Part shown: in pieces, positions 1-13,899 of the stretch
Position numbering within the stretch: the first letter of the stretch is position 1
How the letters are laid out: every line of letters starts with the position of its first letter
Assembly: GCF_001194135.2 (NCBI RefSeq)
Contig: NC_068985.1
Location: 21,584,483-21,648,482 of the forward strand
DNA length: 64,000 nucleotides
Direction: 5' to 3'
Source of the DNA: Octopus bimaculoides
Lineage: Eukaryota
Notes under the pieces: model-generated
What the model was told of the DNA's origin: nothing
Database searches by the model: none
What the model saw: the letters and a program-made list of their open reading frames with translations, nothing else
Made by a program: the position numbers and the translations under genes

Positions 1-88
1 GCTTTTTATGTATCATCGGCACTAGCCATGACTATAATTTCACTTGGCTTCATGAGTCCTCTGAAGCACAGCAAATCACCAAAGGTCT

Positions 89-90
<2 letters not shown>

Positions 91-134
<44 letters not shown>
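91..134. repeat. (TA)n microsatellite
   Basis: Perfect dinucleotide run. Confidence 0.95.
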
Positions 135-137
<3 letters not shown>

Positions 138-339
138 TACAGAGTCTGGAAAACCAGCCTTATGAGCCTATGACTCTGGAAGGACCTTTGATTCCATTTT
201 TTTTTGTCAAGGGGTTATTTGAAACAAATGATTATGTTTAACTTTAGGCCATTTTATTTGAGCCTATTCTGTTTCAAAAAGTGTAACTCCTCAAATGTAA
301 GGTTTTCAACTTTAGCAAAATAAATGTGCATGTACGATA

Positions 340-860
340 GAGTGTAAGCATCTTGAGAGAAAAATTGGGCATAAGAGGCATCAGATGTGATGTGCAAGAG
401 AGACAACTGTGCTGATATGGCCATGTGATGCTTATAGATGTGGACAGCTATGTAAAGAAGTGTCAGTTTCTAACCATGGAGGGAGCTTGTGGAAGAGGTA
501 GACCCAGGAAGACATGGGACAAGGTGGTGAAGCATGTTCTTTGGATGTTGGGTTTCACGGAGGTGATGACAAGTGAGTGAGACCTTTGGTGATTTGCTGT
601 GCTTCAGAGGACTCATGAAGCCAAGTGAAATTATAGTCATGGCTAGTGCCGATGATACATAAAAAGCACCTGTACCGCTGACACATAAAAGTCACCCATG
701 ATTTGGCATTAGGAAGGCCATCCAAGCATAGAAACCAAGCCAAATCAGACTGGAATCTGGTGCCAGTTCCAGTCAAACCATCATAACCCATGCTAACATG
801 GAATACAGATGCTATATGATGATGATAATGATGATGATGTTGATGATAATGATGGTGGTG
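340..860 (+). mobile_element. RTE-type LINE 3' end
   Basis: Encodes GRGRPRKTWDKVVKH (RTE C-terminus), followed by the family 3' UTR and a (GAT)n tail; same sequence as the end of the 38700-40916 element. Confidence 0.75.
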
Positions 861-1027
861 TTGAGAATGAAGGATTCTATTTGTATTTCTAAAAATGTTT
901 CTAATTATGCTGGTTGTAATTAACCTTATATAATTGTTAATGCACAAATGTTGTTACTAACACATTCTATCAACAAACTAATTTCTGATAGAAAATAACG
1001 TTTCATTTTTTTAACTTTTTTTCTTAG

Positions 1028-3853
1028 GAACAACTTTATCAAGATCCGTCACGGTGGAGTTTCACGTTTAACAGCCATGCATTACTGACACGAGTTGACT
1101 TGCATACCAGACCTCCAGTGAGAAACTAAAAGAAAAAATTCTTAGTCTGATATATTGGATTATTTCATTCCTCATGACAAAACAAGTCACAGGGCCCTTC
1201 TACAAATTCTCCTCAGTGATAAAATTCTTGTCTTGTGATGACTAATTCTGGCCATCTGTGTATCATCATTATCATTTAACATCTGTTTTTCCATGTTGGC
1301 ATGGGCTGGAGATTCAAAAGGAGCTGGGAAGCCAAAGAATAGCACCAAACTCCAATGTCTGCTTTGGCACGATTTCTATAGGTGGATGCTCTTTCTAACA
1401 CCAACAACTTCTGAGTGCTTTGTATGTGGCTCTGGCATTAGTGAGGTCACCAAGTAACTTACAAGACAAGACCCCCTCCACCTCCTATAACTGAATGAGG
1501 AGTTGTGTTGAGGGAGGTGGCTTTATGCGAGTTGAGCATTTAAAGTATGATAGAGAGGAGCAGGTCTCTTGCTGTAGGTAGATATATGGTTGCCCCAGGT
1601 GGAAAGAAAGATGGGGGGGGGGGTTAAGACGGGTCAAGAAACATCCTCAAGTTATAGGATGGTGAATGTAAGAGAAGTGGCATGGATGGGTAATTAAGTT
1701 CATGGGAGTGTGAAAGGAGAGTGGCAGATGGATAGAGACAAGGATAGAGGGAGGTGCAGTGATTGATGAATATGGCTTAAAGCATGGTCAATCATGAATA
1801 TTAGTTGAAGGAGGAGAAGGCAACCTGTGGGCAGAATTATTACCATACTGGACAAAATGCTTGGTCAGATTTTTTTCTAATTTTCCTTTCTGACTTTATA
1901 TGCCCCTGGGGTTGACATTGCATTTTATCATTTCAGGTTCAATAAAATAAGCACCAGCTGAACATAGGTCGATGTAATCGACTTACCCGTCTTCTGAAAT
2001 TGCTGGCCTTGTGTCAAAAATTAGAAGCCAATGTTAGTTAGAGGAGGAGGTGGAGGAATATGTGGGTCAGGAAGATAAGGAGTGGCAGCAAAGATGATGT
2101 GAAGCGTGTGGGGGTGGTATGTGAGAGAGATGCACTGTGCCAAGGACAAAGTCAGAGGTCATATGAATGGAAATAAAGGGTGATGAATTGAGGTAATGAG
2201 GGTTGGAAAACTTGGATTGTTTTGTTGCTGACTGTTTTAGATATTGAATAAATTGGTTTCAAATTTTGGTGCAGTAATTTCAGGGAGAGGTAAGTTGATT
2301 ACATTTGTCCTCACTGCTCAACTTGTACTTAATTTAGATTGCTTTCAAATTTTGATACACAGCCAGCAAGTTCAGGAGAAGGTGTAAGTCAGTTATGCTG
2401 ACCCCAGTGTTCAACTGGTACTTATTTTATTGATCATAAAAGGATGCTAGGCAAAGTTGACCTCAGTAGAATTTGAACTCAGAACGTAAAGACGGACACA
2501 TTGCTTTTAAGCACTTTTCCCAGTGTGCTAACAATTCTGCCAGCTTGTCTTAAAATAAATTAATATCAACACTTTAACAACCATTTCCAATGAGGAACTT
2601 ATGTATATATATTTTTCTCTTTGAATTGTTCAATGATTTAATATATATATTTTGTTGTTTGATAAGAAACAATAAATGCACAGATGATGTAAGTGTTAAA
2701 ATGGTTTTAATCAGGTGTTTATGTGTATTTCAGACTAAAACTGTCAGGATGCTTGAACGCTCAGTGTTTAGCACTTACCATTGCTTTATCAGAAACAATT
2801 TTTTAAGGTAAGGCTATTTCTGAAAAACATTATTGTTGTGTTTTAAACAAATCAATTAAAAAAAAAAAAAAACTACATCTAAATATGAAGTGTTTGAAAT
2901 ATAATTAATGTGTATTGATATTTGGAGTAGCAAAGATGTAATTTCTTACACTTTTGTCTACACCAACAAACTATATAGCAGTTTCACAATGATGCATGGA
3001 CAAAGAGGAGTCTGGTTTTATGAAGATTGCCTCTCCTTTGCATCTTTTGAAGCCTAACATCATGTAGAGTTTCCAATAAAGGTCAGTCCTCATCTGAGCA
3101 TGTGTTCAAGACCCCTAATGACAAGTGGAGACTAACACTTTGAAAGTATTATGGTTCACAAACTTGAAGTTATCAGTCAAGCCAGCTGATAACTTCAAGT
3201 CAGCCACAAGCAAAAAATAGAGAAGTAAAATTTACATCTTTTTCATACTCTTGCTACAATAATCTCACTATAATTGCCTTCAACACTAATTACATCGTCT
3301 AGGTAACAAGCTATCTAATGATTCAAACCACCATCAACACCTTCACCACCACCATTGCCACTACCAGTGGCACACTGCATTAAATATGCGAGCATTGACT
3401 TAGTGGTGGATACACAGAGTAGAGACAGGATAAAAAAAGCTTGAGATGAGATAGTTTTATTATATCTTAGTAAATTGTATTGCACACATTAGGTATAAAC
3501 AAATTGAGCCACATTGAAAGCTCATGCATTACAGACCTATTCACCATATAGAAAAATATATGTTAACCCTATGATTGGTAGGAATGTTAATCTAGAAGTG
3601 ATTAAACTCTGGTGTGGTGAAATTCTTTGAAGATTTCTAAACATTTTACACAGGGTTCAATTATATATTTTTTTTTCAGTAAAGATTTAAATGGTCTTGA
3701 ATTTGCAGTTTTAAAAAAATGGTTCCACTGGCTGATATATAAACATAATTTAGGGTTGGACCAAATAGGTATGTATTTTAAATCATACATCTGAATTTAA
3801 TTGGGCACAGTCTTATTTTAACTGCTATTTTGTTTTCATACAATACATGCATG

Positions 3854-3887
<34 letters not shown>

Positions 3888-3936
3888 TGTGTGTGTGTGT
3901 GTTTGTATCCGTAAAAGTTTGATGCTCTACTGTCTG

Positions 3937-4000
<64 letters not shown>

Positions 4001-7000
4001 GGCACATGACTTAGTTGTTAGGGAATTTGGGTCATGATCACGAGGTCGTGAGTTTGATTCCTAGTGGTGCATTGTGTCTTTGAGCATGATACTTTATTTC
4101 ACGTTGCTCTAGTCCACTCAGCTGGTAATTCAAAGGGCCAGCCTTGTTTCTTTATTGCCCACAAGGGGATAAACATAGAGGGGACAAACAAGGACAGACA
4201 AAGGGATTAAGTTGGTGCATAACTGGTACTTAATTTATCGACCCCGAAAGGATGAAAGGCAAAGTCGACCTCGGCGGAATTTGAACTTCGAACATAACGG
4301 CAGACGAAATACCGCTAAGCATTTCACCCGGCGCTCTAATGATTCTGCCAGCTCGCCTTCAAAGGGCCAGCCTTGTCACATTCTATATCATGCTGAATCT
4401 CCCTGAGAACTATGTTAAAAGTATGCATGTCTGTGGAGTGCTCAGTCACTTGCATGTTAATTTCATGAGCAGGTCGTTCCATTCTTCAGATCAACTGGAA
4501 CACTTGTTGTTATAACTGATCAACTACCAGTTTGTTATATATATGTTTGTATATGATTATAAGGAAAAATATTTGCTCCAATGCATAGGCTTCACTTTGA
4601 AGTTCTAGGATTTTAAAGCTGAGGTATTAGAATAATGTATGAGTAAGAATCAAAGTTAGGCAAATCAAATTCACATATACATTTATATTTATTCAGCCCG
4701 AGACCTAGCATGTACGAATTTCTCCGATAGTATACTCAATATATCAAACAGATTAAAAATATATAGATATATAAAAATATATAGAGTAATCAATATATTA
4801 AAAATATACATATCAAAATATATAAATATATAGATATATACATTTAAAATATATTGAAAAATTAAATACACATATAGATTGATTTACAGATTATAAAACA
4901 AAGTCATAAAAAGAATTAAGAGTCTTTAAGAAATTGTACAGGTATTGCTAATCCTATGAACAATCCTTTCTGAGGGTTTGGTTGTCCTGTTATATAAAAG
5001 ATATTTACATCCATTATAGGACACCACCTCCTTCATCAGGGAAAATAAGCTTCTAAAGAAGCCTCACAAGTATTTATTTTTTTCAATATATTTTTAATGT
5101 ATATATCTATATATTTATATATTTTTATATGTATATTTTTAATGTATTGATTACTCTATATGTTTGATATACTGAAGATATGTTTGTATATGTATGTGTG
5201 TTTGCACTTATGTGTGTGTCTATGAAGAAAAGCAAAACCAAAGCCATCACTTGTGAGCAAGTATGACTTGGTAGCATGTACAATGCTTTTGCTAATTGTT
5301 TCTTGAGCATACATTGACATCCACACCGGAATATCAATGAGAGAGTGAGTGCTGTACCAGCACTGTATGTGTTTTAGGTGCAGGTTTGGTTCTGTGGTTA
5401 AGAAGCAAACTTCTTAACCACATAATTTCAGGTTCAGTCGGTGGATTTGGAAGATGGAAACTGAAATAAGCCCATTGTGTGTGTTTGTGTGTGTATATTT
5501 GTGTCTCCTTATCTTGACATTGCATGAGTGACTGTTGTAAATGAGTGCCATGGTCATACAAGCAGTGTCATTCTTATCCAATATTCTGTGTCTTGCCATA
5601 GGGGAATATTAAACTTGCTCAGAAAACAGGTGAGGGTTGCCAACAGGAAGAGCATCTGTTCAGAGAAAGTCTGCTTCAGTAAACTCCATCTGACCCATGC
5701 AAACATGGAAAAGTGGACATTAAATGATAGTGATGCTTATTATAATAATAATTATTATCATTATTTGTATGTCATCATAATAAATTTAGTCCATTCTCCA
5801 TGCTAGCATGGGTTGTACAAGCTTCCATGTTCCAAGTCAGTTCTTATTCAGATGAGTTGATTAGCATCTCTTGTTTGTATGTGCTATTTATATAATGTGT
5901 GTGTATGCATATCTGCATGTGTACTGATATTCATTTTTCTCTCAGTATATTTAAAGGCAGATCCTCATTTGTGCTTTGAGAGATTGAAAAAAAGATGTAG
6001 AAAAGAAGAAGATCCTGTTCCAGTGGTAAGAACCTTTACTGTTATATTCTTTATAAATAGCTGTTAGCACCTCTTTCCTGAAATGAATGTGGATATCTGG
6101 GACATTGAAACCAAAAATGTAATTGATTTTACTAATTTGAAAATTCTGTTTGCTAAATTTTTTCTGCATTGATATTTGCACTGTTATTTTTCAGAATGAA
6201 TTTATCATCATTCATCATCATCATCATTTAGCATCTGTTATCCATGCTGGCATGGGTTGGACAATTTGACGAGGGCTGGTAAGCTGAAGGGCTGTACCAG
6301 ATTCCAGTGGTTTCTATGGTTGGATGCCCTTCCTAACACCGACCACTTAACAGAGTGTAATGGGTGCTTTTATGTGCCAGTTGCATGACACCAGTATCTG
6401 CCACAACTATGATTTCACTTGGCTTGATGGGTTTTCTGCTCGAGCACAGCATATCACCAAGGGTCCTGGTCATTTATCATTGCCTCTGTGAGACCCAACA
6501 CTTGAAACCAAGACCACATGATTGAGAATCAGGCTTCTCAACCACAGAGCCATTCCTGGACTGTAATTTTTTTTTTTTTTTCATAGTAGCTAGTGCTTTG
6601 CAACTTTCAGTATCCTATCACTCATTGTCATTAGCAATACAGTGTGTTATTTTCTCAAATTATATCCAGAGAGGTTTTACTTTTAGCTGTGTTGATTTAC
6701 ACATGTGTTTGAGAAAATGTATAGTGTATTTTTATTTATTGATGCTTGTTGCAAACATCACATCTTGATAACTTCTACTTCTAAACAGGCTTTCAGCTAT
6801 CAACAAGCTTGTATTAAAATGCAGAGCTCCATCTTTTGTAAGTTAAGGAGAGATGTCACAGTTTGCTGTTGAGAGCAGGACAGCTCAAACATTGCATCTC
6901 TCAACTTGTTCTTGGTTTAATTTCTATTTTGGTAGCTTCTATTACTTTATTGTTAATTCAGTTTTTGACAACCATTCTCTTCACATGTAAATGTTTATGC

Positions 7001-9186
7001 TTTATCTATCAGATAGTTTTCTTTTTATGTTTCTTCCAGTCTTTGCTAGAAAACCTTCACAAGATCCATGAAGAGTGGCTTATCAAACAATCTTATGGCC
7101 CATTACCTGCTCCTGTTAAAGTAAGTACAACTCAAATCCAATTGAAATGACCTTTTTCTATTCTGTAATTTGTGTTTGTGATGGGTGTATTTAAAAACAT
7201 GATCTTCAATATAAACTTGAGGAAGTTTTCCCAGAAATCCTGTCCTTTATCTGTTGTTTCTAGCATGTTTGAGGTGACACTTGCACCCCACCCCTCACTC
7301 CCACCTTATTTTTTTCTAAATTTCTTCAGATTCCTGTGTTTTTGATACAGGAAATTAGGATTTCACCCAAAATACATATTCTCAATATTTTGATTTTCTC
7401 TCTCCTCACCCCAATTTCTTCATCTTTTTTACCTTTTTCTAAATTTTTTTTCTTGATAATTCATGGAGAAAAAAACAGTACAAATCTTTAAGGATTTTCT
7501 TGGATCTATTTCAAAACGGGGGCACCAGTTTTCATTTATGTTTTATGTAGTGTTTTTGGTACCGAAACACTTTCAAACTTTGTATACTTATCTATTTTGT
7601 GTTATAGAACAGAAAAAAATTTTTGTATTCGAATTTATTTCATGTAAAAAATTGTCTTATTTCGATAATTTCTACTAATCACTGACGTCTATTCAGTTGA
7701 AAACAGTTAGCGCTGTAACGGTGTATATCGTATTAATCCCCTAACCCTAACCCTAACTAGACTGTTAACCCTAACCCTAACCCTAAAACTAACCCTGACT
7801 CTAGAATCCGAACTCTAAAATTGTTACACACATAGATACACATAGCGTAATTTATTATATAAACAATATATGCGTATAAATTACGATTAAACCGGATGAA
7901 ATATGTCACAGGGAATAACATTTTTATGACCGCCCAGCAGTAACTCTATTCAGCTGAATAGACGTCAGTGATTGGTTGAAATTACAGAAATACGACAACT
8001 TTAACATGGAATAACTTGCGATGTACTTTTTTTTGTTAAGAAGACTAAGAGTAAAACATGTTTTATATGACACATTCTACCAGTGTCCCAAGTTTCAAAG
8101 TGTTTCATTAGTGTTTCGTTAAGAAAATACTGGTGCCCCCGTTTTGAAATAGATCCATTTTCTTCTCCATCTGAGCGGGATCACTGTCAGAGCAGCGGTC
8201 TCGCTTCCATGCTGGTGGCACGTAAAAAGCACCATTTGAGTGTGATCGTTTCCAGCTTCACCTTACTGGCACTCGTGCCAGTGGCATGTGAACAAAACAT
8301 TGGACTGACTCCTGTGCAGGTGGCACCTAAAAAAACACCATTTGAGCATGGCTCTCGTGCCAGTGACACATAAAAAGCACCCACTACACTCTCGGAGTGG
8401 TTGGTGTTAGGAAGGGCATCCAGCTGTGGAAACTCTGCCAGATCAGATTGGAGTGTGGTGTAGTCATCTGGTTCACCAGTCCTCAGTCAAATCGTCCAAC
8501 CCATGCTAGCATGGAAAGTGGACGTTAAATGATGATGATGATGAACCTAACTGTTTGAACCAGAGATACAAACTAGTGACAGTGACTGGATATAAACAGT
8601 TAATCTCTCATAATGTCTAATATCTTGTCAGCTATGCTATTTGTAAACTCCCAGATAAAGCTGAAAGAAGAAAAAAGGTTGTCCTTACAGAATAGCTGTT
8701 TTTATTAAAGGATATTTTCACATAATAGTTGTTATTATTTTTTAATTTCAAGTTTCATCGAAAGCATTTTCATTGAATAAATTTCATTAAAATTATTTTT
8801 CAAAAATACATTCTTTTCCCAGTTTATTGGAAATTTAAATATTGCAGTAATATTTTTAATTTTATGAAGGCGGCAAGCTAGCAGAATTGTTAGCATACCA
8901 AGCAAAATGCTTAGTGGAATTTTGCCCATCTTTATATTCTGAGTTCAAATTCCAAGGTCGTCTTTGCCTTTCATCCTTTCATGGTTGATGAAATAAGTAC
9001 CAGTCTAATCTGAAATTGCTGGCCTTGTGCCAAAATTTGAAAGCAATATTTTAAACTTTTCACTCAAGTTTTAAAAGTATTATCAAAAATTATACATTCC
9101 AGGTTATTGATACAAATCTGCATTTAGAAAAATTATTTAATGTCTATGAAGAGGAAAAATCACAGATTTTGTGCCAGGCATTATGA
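1028..9186 (+). CDS. TK2: Thymidine kinase 2 / deoxynucleoside kinase family protein, 3' part (6 exons; 5' exons with the P-loop lie upstream of the window)
   Basis: Exons 1028-1117, 2734-2807, 3680-3768, 5946-6025, 7040-7120, 9103-9186, all with AG/GT boundaries and compatible phases. Joined translation: EQLYQDPSRWSFTFNSHALLTRVDLHTRPPTKTVRMLERSVFSTYHCFIRNNFLSKDLNGLEFAVLKKWFHWLIYKHNLGLDQIVYLKADPHLCFERLKKRCRKEEDPVPVSLLENLHKIHEEWLIKQSYGPLPAPVKVIDTNLHLEKLFNVYEEEKSQILCQAL*. Carries the dNK-family ERS motif, the RLKKRCRxEE lid and the HEEWL motif as recalled for TK2. Confidence 0.9.
3942..3997. repeat. (TG)n microsatellite
   Basis: Perfect dinucleotide run; source of the spurious HTHTHT ORF. Confidence 0.95.
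4148..4357 (-). mobile_element. Intact tRNA-head SINE with 19-bp TSD, nested in another SINE
   Basis: Minus strand GGCGAGCTGGCAGAATC...GAAGTTCAAATTCC...GCCTTTCATCCTTTCGGGGTCGATAAATTAAGTACCAG; flanked by TTCAAAGGGCCAGCCTTGT at 4129-4147 and 4358-4376. Related copies near 2280-2550, 8868-9050, 51010-51105, 59590-59800. Confidence 0.8.
7502..8156. mobile_element. Foldback/MITE-type non-autonomous DNA transposon with long TIRs, 8-bp TSD and internal (CCCTAA)n
   Basis: Ends GGATCTATTTCAAAACGGGG / CCCCGTTTTGAAATAGATCC; patchy inverted similarity continues about 200 bp inward; flanked by direct repeat ATTTTCTT (7494-7501, 8157-8164); CCCTAA repeats near 7738-7797. Confidence 0.8.
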
Positions 9187-12100
9187 ATTATGCATAATAC
9201 TCATGTCTGATAGTTTTGTGTCAACATATGATTATGTAATGTAAGTATTATTTTTTAATCAATGCATTTTATGACTAAAGACAATACAATATATATTGAA
9301 TATAACAAATATACCATTCTGCATCTTGATAAATAAAGTATATTCAGCCTTCAAATAAAATCCTAATCATCAAACTTATTGTTAATGGTAATTTGCATGT
9401 TAGTTGAAGGCCACAATCATAATCAATATACGCATCATCTGGTTTACTAATTGATAAGAAATAATTTTATATTTGAGCTGTGAATAAGCACAGGCATGGT
9501 TGTGTGGTTATGAAGATGGCTTTGCAACCACATGGTTTTGGGTTCAGTCCCACTGCATGGCACTTTGGGCAAGTGTCTTCTATAGCCCTAGGCCAACCAA
9601 TGCCTTGTAAATGAACTTGGTAGACTTTATGGAAGTTGTCATGTGTGTGTGTCTACAACAGCATGTTTGTTCCCCACAGCTTGTTTACATCTCCATAACT
9701 TAGTGGTTTGGTATAAGTAACCGATTGAATAAGTACCAGACCTTGGAAAAAGGATCAATTTGTTTGACTAAATATTTCAAGGTAGTGTCAAGCATGACCA
9801 CAGTCCAATGACTGAAACAAGTAAAAGATAAAGGATAAAGAAGAACATCATCTACTTGATATGGATTCATGATTGACTTATGATTTCATACATTGGCATA
9901 GGACCAAAGGTTTGTTGGGCAGAAGTAGCAGTTATGGAATCTGTCTCAAAATGTGATGGATATTCATCGTTGCTTCACCCTGATTGAACAGACCCATGTT
10001 CAAAAGTGTTCCAGCTGGAGTCATCTTGTACTTTCATATATCAAGAACAACATTGTCTTATGTTTCCCTCTCTTAAGACATTGGAGATTGAATGGAAATT
10101 TGGCTGCAAGGTCAATAGAAGCTTTGTTGTTCACTTGATTTACATGTATTACTGACCTGGGTAGAATGAAAGACTATGAAAGTCTTAGTTGGATTCAAGC
10201 TCAGAAAATAGAGGAAGGGAAACAAAAGGTTACACAGGACATAATGCAGTATGATGCATAATTAAGCCAAAGTAGAGGCTTCTCTGTGGCTGTTTGATCT
10301 GCCAGAAATAGCAGGCAAATTCTCCTTGAATTACACCTTATCATCTTTAAAAAAAAGTGATAAATGTGTCCAGGAAATCTAGTCTTGGATACACTTGATG
10401 TTAAGCAAAGACAAGATAATCATGGCTTGAACACTTTCAGTCAAATGTCTGCTTGATCAAGGTTAGCCTATGACAAAACAACAATTACTCAGTGCTTTAA
10501 CATTTCTCATTTTTAATCATTGAATCATAATTTCTCACATTGGTAAAAAAAAAAAAGTTACAAAGTGGTGTAGCTGATTGAATTGATTATTTATTTTATT
10601 GACCTAGGAGGGATGATAACTGAAATCAGCCCCAGTGTGATTTGAACTCATTGCTGAAAAGGACGAAATACTGCAAATTGCTTTGTTTGGATGCAACGTG
10701 ATAGATCTGGATTAACAAGGGTATGTCATTTATGAAGTCACAAATGGTAACGAAAATGCTCTTGCAGAACAACTCATTGAATGATTGACCAAATGATTAA
10801 TCAAGTATTTGATTAGTCAATTGGTTAATTAGTGAACTAGTTGACTGATAATAATAAAAAGTTAAATAGAACCAGTGTACTTGTTTTTATTGGTAAAATG
10901 ACTGTCCCAAGATACAACAATTTGTTTTGTGCTCTCTCAATTGTGCCATCCATTCTAAGCACATAAGAGTGGTAATAATTAATACTCTAGGAAATCTCTC
11001 AACCCACTAGTAATAATATCAAAATCAAAGAAAATTAGTAATACACAACTGCCACCACCACCACCGCCAGAAAAGATAAAGCATTTTGCTACTGTTAGTC
11101 AGGCATCATCATTTTAACATCTACTTTTCCATACTCATATGGGTTGGCTGGAATCTGTTGAAGTGGATTTTCAGTGGCTGGGTTTTCTTCCCATCACCAA
11201 CCCTCCCCTGTTTCCAAATAAAGTAATATTTCCCCATGACCAGACAGGTTTTCACAGATTAGAAAAAGACAGTTTGCATGATGGTGGCACTCACAACTAT
11301 CACAAAGTCAAGGTAAGGAGACATTAACATGCATGCATGCACACACACACACACAAGACAGACTTCTTTCAGTTTCTGTCTATCAAATCCACTCACAAGG
11401 CTTTGGTCAATCCAAAGACACTTGACCAAGGTGCTATGCAGTGGGACTGAACCCAGAACTATATGGTTAGGAAGCAAACTTCTTATTTTTATTTATCTTT
11501 TAGTCAGGAGGAAAGACAGTTCCCCTGATCCTCTACTGTGCCTTGGAGACTGTCACTCCCTTTCTGTTTGCGGAGCGCTAGTATTTATAATGGCCCATTC
11601 CAGCTAGAAAGATGGATATGCCATTATATGAATAACTTTTACACATTTAGGTCACCTATCCATTTGAATTTTCTGACACAACGAGGTCATGGGTCAATTG
11701 GAAACACATCAATCAATGTTCCTTTTGACAGAGATTTTCCCACTTGGTCAACATAGTGGGTGGATTTGGTGAGCAAGAAATCTTAGATTCGATTTTGAAT
11801 CTCAGTCAGGCAGGGCCAAGTGAGATCTCTACAAGGTGATATGGCACAATATTCAAATATATTGTAGTCACCACTATCTTTGTTTTGTTTTCAGATATAT
11901 TAATATATTTTACAGTTTTTATTTATTACCAACAAATACTGTTATATCTAGGATAAAGTTATAGATTTCTCATAGATAACTAATCTGAAACATATTGAGA
12001 GAAAAAAAAAACAATAACTAACGCTACATTAATGTTATGTCAACATTAACAGATGACTAACCACCAGGTTTTTGGTTTGAGATCTCTTGTCTGAGATTTT

Positions 12101-12539
12101 TTGTTTAACTTCTCCATTTATTTAGCTAACCCCATCCTCATAATTTTCTTTAAAATGACTAATTTATAATGAGATATTACAGAGGCTATACATTATGATG
12201 ATTTTGCTAAGATCAGAAAAAATTTTTATTTATTTGGAGGATGAATTTTTATATAATTTTCTCCCCTGTCTAACTTTGTTACCCCAAATTTACCTAACTT
12301 TAGGATTTGTTTTCTAAATTCCGTCAGTATAATCATAATCTATACTTACAGAAAATGTATTTCTGTAAAGTTTCATTAGAAATTATGCATTTTAGAGGGA
12401 GTTATGAAGAAGCAAAAGTGTGGGGTGGACACCAAACTGTTAAGTAATGTACATTTCATTGCGAGTATAGGACAAAAGTCCCATAGTTAAAGTGTGAAAG
12501 TGGACAACAGCCCCACGGTTATATTTTTCAGTTATTTTT

Positions 12540-13290
12540 TTTTCACCTTTTACTTGTTTCAGTCATTAGGCTGTGGCCATACCAACAAGGCAACTTTCCA
12601 ATGACCTGTTGAGTAGGAGGGCACCGCGGGCACGAGCCCGGGTGAAAAGTTTTTAGTCAAATGTATCAACCCCAGAATTTTTTCTTCCTTTTTACTTGTT
12701 GCAGTCATGCTGGGGCACCATTTTGAAGAATTTTTAGTTGAATGTAGCAACCCCAGAATTTTTTTTTATGATTTTCAATCAGCACATGAAGTTAAGCCTA
12801 GGTCTTTTCATATGCTAGAAATAACAGCCAAATCTCTTGAAATTTTTTAATAACTCCCTCCGTTATATTTTTTGGTTATTCTTTGTTTTTTTTTTTATAT
12901 CTTCTAAAAATCTTTTTACCTGTTTCAGTCATTGGACTGAGGACATGCCTTGAGGAATTTTTAGTCGAATTTATTGACAGAATGTTTTTATTTTTACTTG
13001 TTGCAGTTATTAGACTGTGGCAACCACCTTGAAGAATTTTTAGATCGCTGTATGGAGCCCAGGAATTTTTTAAAAATCCTAATCAAACCACTTCTGTGAT
13101 ATATTTCGTTTTTCTTTTGTACTTGTTAAATCATTAGATTGCAGCCATGCTGGGCTAACCACCTTGAAGAATTTTTATAGTGAAATGTATTGACCCCAGA
13201 ATTTTTTTTAGGTGATTTTCAGACAGCGCATGAAATTAAGCCTCGAAGATCTCTCCACATGCTAGAGATAACAGCCAAATCTCTTGAATT
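12540..13290. repeat. Degenerate tandem array of SINE-derived units
   Basis: Repeated TTTACTTGTT(T/G)CAGTCAT...TTGAAGAATTTTTAG...CCCCAGAATTTTTT units, plus two TGCTAGA(A/G)ATAACAGCCAAATCTCTTGAA units. Confidence 0.6.
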
Positions 13291-13899
13291 TTTTGGTTTT
13301 TAATTTCAAGTAAACAAAAACAGAAATTGCGGTTATAAAAAAAAAAAACAACTTTTATTTTCCAAAATTCCAATTATTAAGTAATCAAAAATAAGTTGAA
13401 TAAAATAAACAGAACATAAGAGTCTTTACCACTCAGTATATATATTTTCTGAATTCTAAGAAAAGGGAAAACATTTACTTCAAGAAATGTGCTTTACAAG
13501 TCGAAAACTTTCATCACCAGCAGCATCGTCATTATCTCAACTACCACCATTACCACCGCCAAAACGGTAACCAGCTATAAAACCATCATTACCACCACCA
13601 CCACATTCATCATTATCAAGCTAAGTAAAATCACGGCCATCCATACAAATAGGAATGTCCTCTACGTTCGTCTCTCAGCTTAGGTGTCTTATTCTTGCGA
13701 GCTCGTGGGTGCTGGTTCCACTTAGAAGCGTCTGTGTTGGTACACAGAAAATGGGAGGTACACATACTCTTTACCTCCGCCCACTTCACATGATTGTTTT
13801 GTTTGCTTGAGTAACTATAATTCCCCATGTATAGATAAAAAACATGTTTAAAAAAAAAAGGAAGGCCTATAGTGCAACCAACCGCTAAGGTATCTTTGA

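Noticed and set aside
555-947. 130-aa His-rich ORF
   Set aside because: Antisense reading of an RTE 3' end and its (GAT)n tail.
7738-7797. CCCTAA repeats as a true telomere, fusion site or CRISPR-like array
   Set aside because: Short, degenerate and enclosed within a TIR element; no repeat-spacer structure, and the DNA is eukaryotic.
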